Shown here in pieces: positions 8,349-17,120 of a stretch of 44,396 nt of DNA. The stretch is from Candidatus Wolfebacteria bacterium RIFCSPLOWO2_01_FULL_38_11 (GTDB lineage: Bacteria > Patescibacteriota > Minisyncoccia > UBA6257 > UBA9933): positions 3,450-47,845 of the forward strand of contig MGIQ01000023.1 in assembly GCA_001793825.1 (NCBI GenBank). The letters are read 5' to 3'. The notes beneath the pieces were generated by a model. It ran no database searches, was not told the DNA's origin, and worked only from the letters and a program-made list of their open reading frames with translations. Both the position numbers and the translations under genes were made by a program. How positions within the stretch are numbered: position 1 is the stretch's first letter; each line of letters starts with the position of its first letter.

Positions 8349-8496
8349 TTTTTTTTAACAGTTTTTAAAAAGTTTTCCCCAGTTAATAAAAAATAAAACT
8401 TTAATTTTCTTTAATAAAAACAAGTTAAATAAAAACTTATCCACAAATTAACACTCACTACTACAACTACAAATTATATTAATTAATATTAGTTAT
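8349..8496. other. Candidate oriC segment (AT-rich dnaA-dnaN spacer with DnaA boxes)
   Basis: A perfect TTATCCACA box lies at 8437-8445 and a degenerate TTTTCCCCA at 8374-8382. The surrounding sequence is very AT-rich. The position between dnaA and dnaN is a classical origin location. Confidence 0.5.
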
Positions 8497-9609
8497 ATGA
8501 AATTTATTGTTTTAAAAAAAAACTTAAAAGACGGATTACGGGCAATTGAAAGAATAACTGATCAAAATTCTAATTTACCAATTTTAAAAAATTTTTTAAT
8601 TGAATCGTTTGATAATAAAATAAAAATTTCCGCCACCAATTTGGAATTAGCGGTTACTAGTTATATTTCCGGGAAAATTATAGAAAACGGAAGTTTAACA
8701 ATTCCTTTACATTTTTTTAATTCAATAATAAACAATCTTCAAACAGAAAAAATAAACCTAGAATCGGAAAATGAAAAATTAACAATTAAAACCGATAATT
8801 ATCAAGCGGAAATTAAAGGGATTAAAAAAGACGAGTTTCCAATTATCCCCAAAATTGAAAACGAAAAATTTTATTTAGAAATTAATAATTCTATATTAAA
8901 AAACTCTTTATCTTCAATTGTTAATTCAACCACAAACGAAAACAAACCAGAACTAAATGGTGTTTTGTTTGACTATCAAGACACATTGATAAAACTAGCC
9001 GCCACTGATACATTTCGCCTTTCGGAAAAAACAATTTTTAATACTCAATATAATTCAAATATTGAAAAAAAATTTAAAACTATTATCCCCACAAAAACAA
9101 TCCAAGAAGTTATAAGAGGGCTTCAATTTGAAGAAAACAACAACACTTCTATTTTTTTTGACCAAAATCAAATTTTATTTAAAAACGAAAGCATTGAAAT
9201 AATTTCCCGCCTCATTAATGGAGAATTTCCCGATTATTCCCAAATTATTCCCAAAAAATTCGAAACAGAAATTACTTTAAACAACAATGAATTGGTTAAT
9301 GCCGTAAAACTCGCCTCTGTTTTCTCCGACCGGCTAAACGAAGTAAAAATTATTATAAAAGAAAACGCTAAAAATATTGAAGTTTATTCGGCTGGAAGCA
9401 ATTTGGGCGAAAATAAATATCTTATCCCTGCAAAAATAAGCGGCTCTCCAATGGAAATAATTTTTAATTGGCGTTATTTGCTCGACGGCATTAAAAATTT
9501 AACCTCGGAAAACATTTTTCTTGGAATCAACAACAATAATAAACCCGCCCTTCTTAAGGCATCGGAAGAAATCTCCTGGTTTTATATTTTAATGCCGATT
9601 AAGAGCTGA
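8497..9609 (+). CDS. dnaN: DNA polymerase III beta sliding clamp
   Basis: 370 aa, immediately downstream of dnaA. It has the typical N-terminal MKFxxxKxxL...L and a three-domain length. Confidence 0.92.
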   Translation: MKFIVLKKNLKDGLRAIERITDQNSNLPILKNFLIESFDNKIKISATNLELAVTSYISGKIIENGSLTIPLHFFNSIINNLQTEKINLESENEKLTIKTDNYQAEIKGIKKDEFPIIPKIENEKFYLEINNSILKNSLSSIVNSTTNENKPELNGVLFDYQDTLIKLAATDTFRLSEKTIFNTQYNSNIEKKFKTIIPTKTIQEVIRGLQFEENNNTSIFFDQNQILFKNESIEIISRLINGEFPDYSQIIPKKFETEITLNNNELVNAVKLASVFSDRLNEVKIIIKENAKNIEVYSAGSNLGENKYLIPAKISGSPMEIIFNWRYLLDGIKNLTSENIFLGINNNNKPALLKASEEISWFYILMPIKS

Positions 9610-11716
9610 TTAATAATCCCTGTTTCCAAAGTTGCACTGGAACTTCCCAGTTGTTGTATTGAGGATCGTCTTGTGGATTTTGAGGTAGGGGGTCTAGGGG
9701 ATTATTTTTGTCAATATAGTGCAGAATATTATGGACATTGCCCGAATCATCGGAATATTTTCCCCCAATCATTAATTTATCGGTTTCTTCGGAAGAAGCC
9801 GGTTTTTTAAATGTTTCATTTGGATATTTGGGAAGAACTTTTGACATAAAAGCATTCCAAATAGGCAAAGCTGCCAATATACTACCTGCGTTTTTTTGCA
9901 TTGGTTCCTGGTGGTTGTTTCCCGCCCAAACGCCAACCACAATTGAGGGAGTATATCCGATTGTCCAGGCATCTCGGTAATCATTTGTTGTTCCGGTTTT
10001 TAAAGCCACCTGATAATCGTCAAAAGCTGTTAAATAAAAACTTCCGCTATAAAGAGGTCTTCGCGCGTCTTCGTCGGATAAAACATCGTTTATCAGTTGG
10101 GCGTAAATCGGCTCCACCGCCATTATTGCTTGGTCAGAGGCCGATTCAATTGCTTTTCCTGAAGAATCTTCTATTTTTAAAACGATTTTTTGGTTATGTT
10201 TTATTCCTTCTTGTGAAAAAACAGAATAAGCTTCAACTAAGTCGATTAATTTTACTTCACCGCCTCCTAAAACCAGCGAAAGTCCGTATCTGTTCGGGTC
10301 ATTTAGGGTTGTAATGCCAAGTTCTTGGGCGGTTTTAATCGTATCTCCCAATCCAGCCAAATAAAGCACCTTAACTGCCGGAACATTGATTGACTGAGCC
10401 AGGGCATTTCTTAAATTGACTGGTCCTCGGAAGAGGTTGTCAAAGTTTTCTGGATGATAGCACTCTTTTGAACTGGAAGCGTAAATATTAACAATGGTCG
10501 GACAAGCGGGATTATTAGGGGCAAATTCAGTTGACAGGTCAAAGACAACTGTATTCGGAGTGTATCCCTTTTTAAAAGCCGTTAAATAAGCAAAAGGTTT
10601 GAAAGCCGAACCCGGCTGTCTTAATCCTTGGGCCGCCACATTAAAATTTCCTTCATTTTTTGAATCAAAATAATCTCTTGACCCGACCAACGCCAGAACT
10701 TGGCCGGTTTTTGGGTCTTGGGCAACCAATGAAGCGTTTTTGCCTTGATATAATTTTTCATTTCTTTCGCTTCCTTCTTTGATAACTTGCTCGGCTATCT
10801 GTTGCATTTCCCAATCAAGAGTAGTGGTGATTTTTAAGCCTCCTCTTTCCATAAAATCTTCCCCGTATTTATTGGCCAAATAATCTTTCACCATCATCAC
10901 GAAATGAGGCGCTTTGATTGAGCCGATATTTTGGCTGGTAAATTCAATGGCGTGATTTTTATTTCTTTCTAGCTCTTCTTTGTCAATAAATCCCACCTCG
11001 AACATTTGTTCTAAAACATAATTCTTCCGGTTCATTAATTCGGAAATATGAGCTCCCCAAGGAGAATAATAAGTCGGCGCCTTCGGCAAGCTTGCCAAAA
11101 GCGCTGCTTCCGCCAGTGAAAGGTCTTTGGCGGATTTGTTAAAATAAATTTGGGAAGCCGCTTCAATGCCGTAAGCGTTTGAGCCGTAAGAAATCTGATT
11201 TAAGTAAAGCTCTAAAATTTCGTCTTTTGAATATCTTTTTTCTATCCAATAAGACAATACCAACTCCTTAATTTTCCGGTCAACTGTTCTTTCCGAAGTT
11301 AGAAAAGCGTTTTTAGCCAATTGTTGGGTAATAGTTGAACCGCCTTGGACTACTCGGCCTTTTATCAAATTAACAATAAAAGCCCGCGCCAGCGCCCGCC
11401 AGTCAAAAGCCGGATGGCTGTAAAAATTTTTATCTTCAATGGCAATCGTCGCATTTTTAACATAATCAGGAATTTCTTCAAAGGAAACAACTGTTCTTTT
11501 TTCTTCGCCGTAAATTTCATAAAGCAATATTTCTCCGGTTCGGTCATAAATTTTGCTTGATTGAGTGATTTGGCGGCTGTTGATTGCCTGTTTTGGGTCG
11601 GGAAGTTCTTTGGTTATTTGAGCGACTTTTGCCAAAGAAAAAAGAACTATTCCGAAAAAAATTAGAATGAGCGCTCCGAATATTTTAAGTCCGATAAATT
11701 TTCGTTTTTTCAACAT
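9599..11716 (-). CDS. Bifunctional class A penicillin-binding protein (PBP1A; glycosyltransferase 51 plus transpeptidase)
   Basis: 705 aa with an N-terminal TM. GT51 motifs are EDKNFYSH and GGSTITQQLAKN. Transpeptidase motifs are SAFKP and KTGTT. It overlaps the dnaN 3' end by 11 nt in convergent orientation. Confidence 0.9.
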   Translation of the reverse strand: MLKKRKFIGLKIFGALILIFFGIVLFSLAKVAQITKELPDPKQAINSRQITQSSKIYDRTGEILLYEIYGEEKRTVVSFEEIPDYVKNATIAIEDKNFYSHPAFDWRALARAFIVNLIKGRVVQGGSTITQQLAKNAFLTSERTVDRKIKELVLSYWIEKRYSKDEILELYLNQISYGSNAYGIEAASQIYFNKSAKDLSLAEAALLASLPKAPTYYSPWGAHISELMNRKNYVLEQMFEVGFIDKEELERNKNHAIEFTSQNIGSIKAPHFVMMVKDYLANKYGEDFMERGGLKITTTLDWEMQQIAEQVIKEGSERNEKLYQGKNASLVAQDPKTGQVLALVGSRDYFDSKNEGNFNVAAQGLRQPGSAFKPFAYLTAFKKGYTPNTVVFDLSTEFAPNNPACPTIVNIYASSSKECYHPENFDNLFRGPVNLRNALAQSINVPAVKVLYLAGLGDTIKTAQELGITTLNDPNRYGLSLVLGGGEVKLIDLVEAYSVFSQEGIKHNQKIVLKIEDSSGKAIESASDQAIMAVEPIYAQLINDVLSDEDARRPLYSGSFYLTAFDDYQVALKTGTTNDYRDAWTIGYTPSIVVGVWAGNNHQEPMQKNAGSILAALPIWNAFMSKVLPKYPNETFKKPASSEETDKLMIGGKYSDDSGNVHNILHYIDKNNPLDPLPQNPQDDPQYNNWEVPVQLWKQGLLISS

Positions 11717-11765
11717 AAATATTTTCTAATTTTATCAGTTATTAATTAAATTTCAATTTAAAAAC

Positions 11766-11793
11766 AAAAAAACCGCCTGAAGGCGGTTTTTAT
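11766..11793 (-). terminator. Rho-independent terminator (bidirectional in shape)
   Basis: Hairpin AACCGCC-TGAA-GGCGGTT (11771-11788), flanked by an A-run and a T-run. It lies directly downstream of the 61-aa gene. Confidence 0.75.
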
Positions 11794-11797
11794 TATT

Positions 11798-11983
11798 TTA
11801 GTAGTTTTCGTCTTCTTCGTTTCCGCCAAGCGATGAGTCATCATCTTCTTTTTCCGTGGAACTGTCTTCTTCGGTAAATCCGCAGCTTGGACAATTTCCA
11901 AATTCATCCATTTTATCGCCGCACTCCTCGCAAATTTTTCCCTTAGCTTGTATTGTTATAGTTTTTGATTCTTCAATAGCCAT
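11798..11983 (-). CDS. Small zinc-ribbon protein with acidic C-terminal tail
   Basis: 61 aa with CEECG...CPSCG (CxxC-x11-CxxC) followed by a D/E-rich tail. It lies downstream of ruvC in the same orientation and is followed by a terminator. Confidence 0.55.
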   Translation of the reverse strand: MAIEESKTITIQAKGKICEECGDKMDEFGNCPSCGFTEEDSSTEKEDDDSSLGGNEEDENY

Positions 11984-12011
11984 TTTATTTAAGGCAAATT
12001 TTACGACCTTT

Positions 12012-12494
12012 TTAGTATTGTCTTAAATTATTCAAAAAATTAGTCGCCGTAATTGCTACTGCCAGCGCGTCGCTTATATCGTCCGGTCCCTTGATTTTAT
12101 CTATTTTTAAAATATTTTCAACCATCTTTGCCACTGCTTTCTTGTCAGCCATTCCATATCCCGTAACCGCGATTTTTATTTCTGATGGCGAAAATTCCAA
12201 TAAAGGTATTTTGTGTTGGCCGACTATCAATGTCAAGACCCCCCGCGTCTCGGAAACCTCAACAGCGGTTTTAAGGTTTTTCATAAAAAATAATTTTTCC
12301 ACCGCCACCACATTTGGCTTATGTTTTTTTATGATTTTTGAAAGAGATTTGGCGGCTTCTAAAAGCCGGTCAGTCTTATTTTTGCTGAAAATTTCAAGCA
12401 ATCCGCTTTCTACAAAAAATAGATTATTTTTTTCTTTTTTTATCAATCCGTAGCCAACTCTTGTTGAACCCGGGTCAATTCCTAGTATTAACAT
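12012..12494 (-). CDS. ruvC: Crossover junction endodeoxyribonuclease RuvC
   Basis: 160 aa. It has the ILGIDPGSTRVGYG N-terminus and the catalytic acidic residue pattern of RuvC. Confidence 0.92.
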   Translation of the reverse strand: MLILGIDPGSTRVGYGLIKKEKNNLFFVESGLLEIFSKNKTDRLLEAAKSLSKIIKKHKPNVVAVEKLFFMKNLKTAVEVSETRGVLTLIVGQHKIPLLEFSPSEIKIAVTGYGMADKKAVAKMVENILKIDKIKGPDDISDALAVAITATNFLNNLRQY

Positions 12495-12565
12495 GGATTA
12501 TTGGCAACAATAAAGTCATTATTGATTATTAGTTTATAGCTATTAATTCTCGGTTTCAAGCAAAT

Positions 12566-12599
12566 AAAAAGCCCCGCTCACTATTATTGTGGTCGGGGC
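12566..12599 (-). terminator. Rho-independent terminator after the lipoprotein pair
   Basis: On the minus strand it reads GCCCCGACCAC-AATAATA-GTGAGCGGGGC followed by TTTTT. Confidence 0.7.
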
Positions 12600-12615
12600 A
12601 GTCAGTCAGAATAAT

Positions 12616-13041
12616 TTAAGGCAGGTAAATTATTCTGGCCGAATCTCTTGGAGAAATCATTATAGTAAACGATTCCTCCTCTTCCCACGTTCCGAAATGG
12701 CGAGTGGGTATTTCTGTTATCAGGCGTATATAATGCGCGCCTTTCCTTAGTGGAACATCAGCCGTGGCGGCATAAGGCTTAAGAGAAGCTATTTTTTTGC
12801 CGTCAATTTCCACTCTCACCACTAAATGAGAGAGGTTCTTGAAAGTTACCAAACTTGGATCATCGTCCTTGCTCCTGGGTATATCAGCTGGTTGTCCAAA
12901 CGGAGTGTTCGGCGGCATATCAGGTGATATGGTAATCGGGTGTTCCTGCGGATGAATATATATCATTGCCGCTGGAACAGTTTTTCCGCCGCAACCAACT
13001 GCTAACAGCATCAGCATTAGAAAGGCGATTAGGTTATTCAT
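12616..13041 (-). CDS. Hypothetical lipoprotein (start refined to MNNLIAF...)
   Basis: The signal peptide has the lipobox LLAVGC. The listed ORF extends to 13074, but the ATG at 13041 gives a canonical lipoprotein signal and avoids overlapping the upstream gene. GC is elevated relative to neighbours. Confidence 0.6.
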   Translation of the reverse strand: MNNLIAFLMLMLLAVGCGGKTVPAAMIYIHPQEHPITISPDMPPNTPFGQPADIPRSKDDDPSLVTFKNLSHLVVRVEIDGKKIASLKPYAATADVPLRKGAHYIRLITEIPTRHFGTWEEEESFTIMISPRDSARIIYLP

Positions 13042-13046
13042 TTTAA

Positions 13047-13625
13047 TTAATTCCCTCCTAAAAGTGATTTCCAAAGAGGACCCTGAAGATTAATGCCAAT
13101 CCCCGGGAATCCGTTAGTTGTTGGCGGAATATTTCCGGCATTAAACTCTAAAATCCAGCCAACATACCGGCCTTTGTAATAGCTGTTAACTCTTTGGTCA
13201 ACAGTTATATTGGCCGATTGCTTTGGTAAATCCACTCTATACCGCCAAAATCTAATTAAAACAAAGCGGTAATAGAACGGATAAATATCCACTCTGTATG
13301 ACCCAACCGGAAGCCGGTGAATTAAAATCTTTGGCAGGGGCCGTCCGTTTACCTCAAATACTCGGTCAGCTCCTTCAGTGTATATTGATCTAATCAGTCT
13401 GCCCGCTTGGTCTGTTATATAGAGATTGGCATGAGCTGTTCCTTGTTTTATAACCAAGCCAAGCGTCGGGTCATCTGGTCTGATGGGGAACGCCTCTTTT
13501 TCGCTTGTCGGAGCAGTGCTGATACTACTGCAGCTTAAAGCAGCGATGGCTAACATGAATAAGAAAAAAAGTACCCACAATTCCAGGAAAATCCTTACTA
13601 TGAATTTCTTCTGCGATTTTTCCAT
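13047..13625 (-). CDS. Hypothetical lipoprotein / membrane-anchored exported protein
   Basis: 192 aa with an N-terminal hydrophobic segment ending in the lipobox-like AALSC. I recognise no family. GC is elevated. Confidence 0.55.
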   Translation of the reverse strand: MEKSQKKFIVRIFLELWVLFFLFMLAIAALSCSSISTAPTSEKEAFPIRPDDPTLGLVIKQGTAHANLYITDQAGRLIRSIYTEGADRVFEVNGRPLPKILIHRLPVGSYRVDIYPFYYRFVLIRFWRYRVDLPKQSANITVDQRVNSYYKGRYVGWILEFNAGNIPPTTNGFPGIGINLQGPLWKSLLGGN

Positions 13626-13802
13626 AACCGCCTCCTGTTTTATTTATATTGGGAATCTTTAAAGCTTATTAACTTCTTAAAGAACGAAATAATTATATCA
13701 TATTTTTATAGAATCGTCAATTCTAAATAAAATTGCTCTTTAATTGAATAAAAAAGCCCAAAACCCTTGTTTTTCTTTTTAATTCAATTTATTATTCTTA
13801 TT

Positions 13803-13937
13803 ATGTCGTTAACTTATCAGCCAAAAAAGAAAAAAAGAAAAAGAAGCCATGGCTTCCTGAAAAGGATGAGAACGCCGGGGGGGCGCAATGTTTTAAGCCG
13901 TCGGAGGAGAAAAGGAAGAAAAAAAATTACGGTTTAA
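13803..13937 (+). CDS. rpmH: 50S ribosomal protein L34
   Basis: Not in the ORF track because it is only 44 aa. It translates to [44 protein letters not shown], which fits the classic L34 sequence. It is directly followed by rnpA. Confidence 0.95.
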   Translation: MSLTYQPKKKKRKRSHGFLKRMRTPGGRNVLSRRRRKGRKKITV

Positions 13938-13956
13938 TAACTCAATCAATAAATTT

Positions 13957-14283
13957 GTGCTTGCCAAAAAATTCCGTCTTCCAATTCAGCAGTGGTTTAA
14001 AGAAAAAAGAAAATTTATCACTCGCAAAAGCGATTTTTTTATTGTAAGGGTTTCTTCCAATAATCTTCCCTACAGCCGCTTCGGAGCAATAATCAGTTTA
14101 AAAGTTTCCAAGTCAGCTGTTTTGCGCAATAAAATTAAAAGAGCAATTTTTAATTTTATTTATTCAAAAAAACTCCACGAAGTTCCCGGTAAGGATATTT
14201 TAATCAGTGTTTTGCCGAAAGCTTCCGAATTAACCAAGCAAGAGTTGGAAGAAAAATTAAAATCACTAATTCCTATATACTAA
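13957..14283 (+). CDS. rnpA: Ribonuclease P protein component
   Basis: 108 aa and basic, with a GTG start. It has the KKFRL N-terminal motif and the conserved rpmH-rnpA-yidC-jag gene order. Confidence 0.85.
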   Translation: MLAKKFRLPIQQWFKEKRKFITRKSDFFIVRVSSNNLPYSRFGAIISLKVSKSAVLRNKIKRAIFNFIYSKKLHEVPGKDILISVLPKASELTKQELEEKLKSLIPIY

Positions 14284-14307
14284 ATACTAATCCCTATCTA
14301 CTAAAAT

Positions 14308-15051
14308 ATGGCCAACCTATTTAACCAAATATTTTATCAGCCGCTTTTTAACGCCTTGGTTATTTTATATGATTTTCTTCCCTGGCCTGATTTAGGCATT
14401 GCCATTATTCTTTTGACAATTTTTATTCGTTTGGTTTTGCTGCCGCTTTTCTATAAAGGCGCCAAAGATCAAGCTATTCTTCAACGATTAGCTCCAAGAA
14501 TAAAAGAAATCCAAAAAACTCATAAAGAAAACAAAGAAGAGCAAGCCAAGGCCATGTTTAATCTTTATAAAGAGCACAAAGTTAATCCTTTTTCCCAGTT
14601 TCTTCTTCTTATTGTTCAGTTGCCGGTTTTAATAGCTTTGTATTGGGTTTTTTCCCGAGGCATTACTCCGGAATCTCTGGAAAATTTATATTCTTTTGTT
14701 TCTGCGCCGGGAACTGTTAATAATTCTTTTCTTGGATTAATTGACCTAAGTAAAAAAAACATTATTGTCATTGGCTTGGCGGCTGTTGCCCAATATTTAC
14801 AAGCCCGGCTTTCTTTGCCTAAAATCAAAAACACCGATGATTTGTCAACCACTGAAAAAATGAGCCGTCAAATGTCTTATCTTGGCCCGGTTATGACTGT
14901 TTTTTTCCTTGCTTATTTACCTGCCGCTATCGGCCTTTATTGGTTGACAACATCCGTTTTTTCGGTTATCCAACAAGTAATAATCAATAAAAAATTAAAA
15001 GTCAGCAATGAACAACTGATTGCAATAGACAAAAAATTGCATTCAAAATAA
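14308..15051 (+). CDS. yidC: Membrane protein insertase YidC (short Oxa1-like form)
   Basis: 247 aa and multi-TM, with the typical NPxxGCLPxLxQxP-like region (NPFSQFLLLIVQLPVLIAL). Supported by synteny. Confidence 0.88.
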   Translation: MANLFNQIFYQPLFNALVILYDFLPWPDLGIAIILLTIFIRLVLLPLFYKGAKDQAILQRLAPRIKEIQKTHKENKEEQAKAMFNLYKEHKVNPFSQFLLLIVQLPVLIALYWVFSRGITPESLENLYSFVSAPGTVNNSFLGLIDLSKKNIIVIGLAAVAQYLQARLSLPKIKNTDDLSTTEKMSRQMSYLGPVMTVFFLAYLPAAIGLYWLTTSVFSVIQQVIINKKLKVSNEQLIAIDKKLHSK

Positions 15052-15058
15052 TTTTATT

Positions 15059-15502
15059 ATGGATAATTTGCAAGATATTTTTAAAAAAATGATTGAGCTG
15101 ATGGGTTTCGATGATTTTTCCGTTTCTTATGACCAAGAAGGCAACCGATTGCTGGTTTTTATAAATGATGCTTTAATTTCCGAAAAGAATCTTCCGTCTT
15201 TTATCAATAATTTCGATTATTTGGCAAAAGTAATCGCTCAAAAAAACAACATTGAATCGATTTTTGTCGATGTTAATAATTATCGCAAAAAGCGGGAAGG
15301 ATTGATTTTGGAGCTCGCCCGCGCCGCCGCTCGAAAATCAGTGGCCGAAAAAAAAGAAATTTCTCTTCCGCCGATGAATGCTTACGAGCGCCGTTTGGTT
15401 CATGTGGATTTGGCTTCTCGGCCAGACATCAAAACCGAAAGCAGCGGAGAAGGTTCTTCCAGATGCATTGTCATTAAGCCCATTGAAAATAATTTTTTAT
15501 AA
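15059..15502 (+). CDS. Jag/KhpB-like R3H domain RNA-binding protein
   Basis: 147 aa with the R3H signature region (MNAYERRLVH). It occupies the position after yidC. Confidence 0.8.
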   Translation: MDNLQDIFKKMIELMGFDDFSVSYDQEGNRLLVFINDALISEKNLPSFINNFDYLAKVIAQKNNIESIFVDVNNYRKKREGLILELARAAARKSVAEKKEISLPPMNAYERRLVHVDLASRPDIKTESSGEGSSRCIVIKPIENNFL

Positions 15503-16384
15503 TCTTTTTGTCAAACTTTGAAATCCTAAATTTCCAAAGTAATTCGCTAATTTTTCTTTAGGCAAGCCGTTATATTTTAACTCTTCCAGATTTTTAATTT
15601 CCAAAGGCGAATCTCTCCTGATTTGAGCCAAATGTTTTGAAAGCAGGGCTTGTTCTTTAAATTCAAGAATTTTTTTATAATTTTTTTCTTCTTTTCCTTT
15701 TTCAAAAAATTCTTCCAAAGAATTGTATTTTTGGATTATCGGCGCCGCTGTTTTCGGCCCGATTCCCGGCACGCCCAAAATATTGTCGGAGGCGTCGCCC
15801 ACCAATCCCTTGTAATCGGGAATCTGCTTTGGCAAAACTCCGAATCTTCTTATCGCTTCTTCTTCGTTATAAATAATTGTTTCACTGATTCCTTTTTTAA
15901 TTGTTTCCACTACCACTTTGTCGTTTTCCACCAACTGCAAAGCGTCTAAATCTCCGGTCAAAATTATAATTTTCAAATTCTCTTCGTTTTTGAATTTTTC
16001 CGCCGCTGTGCCGATTAAGTCGTCTCCCTCAAATCCGGCAATCTCATATGTTTTTATTTCAAAATTTTCAAATAATTTATGGGCTTCGATTATTTGAGAA
16101 ACAAGCTCATCCGGCGCTTTTGGCCGGTGGGCCTTATATTCTTCAAAAACTTTTTTTCTGAAAGTCGGCTCCGGCCTGTCAAAAAAAGCCACGATAAATT
16201 CCGGTAGTTCGCCGTTGATTCCCGCTTCATTTGTTTTTTTGTCAGGGTGCAAAATTTTAATAAGAATACTTGCTAATCCGTATAAAGCTCCGCTCGGCTG
16301 GCCTTCTTTTGTGGTAAAAGGCGGCAAAGCGTGAAAGCATCGATGAATTAAGGAATTGGCGTCGATTAAAAGAAGAGTTTCCAT
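15497..16384 (-). CDS. Stand-alone 5'-3' exonuclease (Pol I N-terminal / FEN-like, PIN plus H3TH)
   Basis: 295 aa. It has LLIDANSLIHRCFHA, GFEGDDLIG, and the H3TH region DNILGVPGIGPKTA. No polymerase domain is present. Confidence 0.88.
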   Translation of the reverse strand: METLLLIDANSLIHRCFHALPPFTTKEGQPSGALYGLASILIKILHPDKKTNEAGINGELPEFIVAFFDRPEPTFRKKVFEEYKAHRPKAPDELVSQIIEAHKLFENFEIKTYEIAGFEGDDLIGTAAEKFKNEENLKIIILTGDLDALQLVENDKVVVETIKKGISETIIYNEEEAIRRFGVLPKQIPDYKGLVGDASDNILGVPGIGPKTAAPIIQKYNSLEEFFEKGKEEKNYKKILEFKEQALLSKHLAQIRRDSPLEIKNLEELKYNGLPKEKLANYFGNLGFQSLTKRL

Positions 16385-16449
16385 AATTTAATAATTATAA
16401 CACGTTTTTAAAGTTGTAATTAAAACGTAAAATTTATAAAATTGTTTAT

Positions 16450-16872
16450 ATGTATTTAATTTATGCTTTTTTATCGGCTATTACCGCGGCCGCTGTGGCG
16501 ATTTTTGCCAAACTCGGTCTAAAAGATATTGACCCCACCTTGGCAACCACCATTCGCTCGATTATTATGGCCGGAATTTTAGTAATTACCAGCATTTTTT
16601 TAAAAAAATTCAGCGGATTTTCCCTGAATTCTTTCAGTTCCCGCGATTGGTTTTTGATTATTTTAGCCGGCATTAGTGGAGCGCTTTCCTGGCTTTTTTA
16701 TTTTATTGCTATCAAATACGGCCTTGCTTCAAAAGTAGTTGCCATTGACCGCTTAAGCATAGTTTTTGTTATTTTTTTAGCTGCCTTATTCTTAGGCGAA
16801 GCTTTGGGTTGGAAATCGGTCTTAGGAGCTGTTTTAATGGTTTCAGGAGCCATTCTTATTACTTTAAAATAA
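16450..16872 (+). CDS. EamA-like small DMT-family transporter
   Basis: 140 aa with four to five predicted TM helices and a single EamA-type repeat pattern. Confidence 0.65.
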   Translation: MYLIYAFLSAITAAAVAIFAKLGLKDIDPTLATTIRSIIMAGILVITSIFLKKFSGFSLNSFSSRDWFLIILAGISGALSWLFYFIAIKYGLASKVVAIDRLSIVFVIFLAALFLGEALGWKSVLGAVLMVSGAILITLK

Positions 16873-16957
16873 CAGTTGAGCCGATTCTTTAAAGAACCGC
16901 ATAAATATTGGTTAAAATACGGCTCAATCGTTATTATTTTAGAATTCGCCGTTTTGC

Positions 16958-17102
16958 GCAAAAAAATGGGAGAGGCTAGATGCTCCTCTCCCTTAATACT
17001 GCAGCCTTCACTGCAATGGGCTACTGCCCTTATCATCCATCTCCGCCTCATACTTGCCACCTCCTTTTAGTTGAAAACTCTTTATGTTCTATATATATTA
17101 TA
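16958..17102 (-). ncRNA. Candidate ~130-nt small transcription unit (sRNA or micro-ORF mRNA)
   Basis: All read on the minus strand. An extended -10 TGGTATAAT includes TATAAT at 17102-17097. AAGGAGG lies at 17066-17060 and ATG at 17051. Two small hairpins follow. A perfect 8-bp hairpin GGGAGAGG/CCTCTCCC (16992-16968) is followed by ATTTTTTT. The in-frame ORF has no stop before the terminator. Confidence 0.3.
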
Positions 17103-17120
17103 CCATGCCTGTCAAGACTT

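Noticed and set aside
13877-13883. G7 homopolymer inside rpmH as a phase-variation site
   Set aside because: It encodes the PGG of L34 (TPGGRN) in an essential ribosomal protein gene. Coding constraint is sufficient explanation.
16968-17005. Possible preQ1-type riboswitch upstream of tgt (hairpin with CTAG in the loop)
   Set aside because: The hairpin lacks the A-rich 3' tail and pseudoknot partner of preQ1-I. It is about 130 nt from the tgt start, and it is followed by a T-run only on the opposite strand. In addition, tgt is not a typical preQ1-regulated gene.
16698-17060. 120-aa minus-strand ORF starting after a strong SD in the EamA-tgt spacer
   Set aside because: It reads straight through a strong intrinsic terminator hairpin and then runs antisense through the well-supported EamA transporter gene. 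The composition of the translated product is not protein-like. I kept only the promoter/SD/terminator unit as a candidate sRNA.
17078-17105. dif-like AT-rich sequence (TTCTATATATATTATACC) resembling Firmicute dif cores
   Set aside because: The window is origin-proximal (dnaA-dnaN), whereas dif is expected near the terminus. The sequence is better explained as overlapping divergent -10 regions.
16980-17120. 47-codon N-terminal extension of tgt in the ORF track
   Set aside because: The extension (MLLSLNTAAFTAMGYCPYHPSPP...) has no similarity to Tgt N-termini and covers the hairpin-rich spacer. MFEFKISKK...LGILKTAHGEIETPAF at 17121 matches the usual Tgt start.
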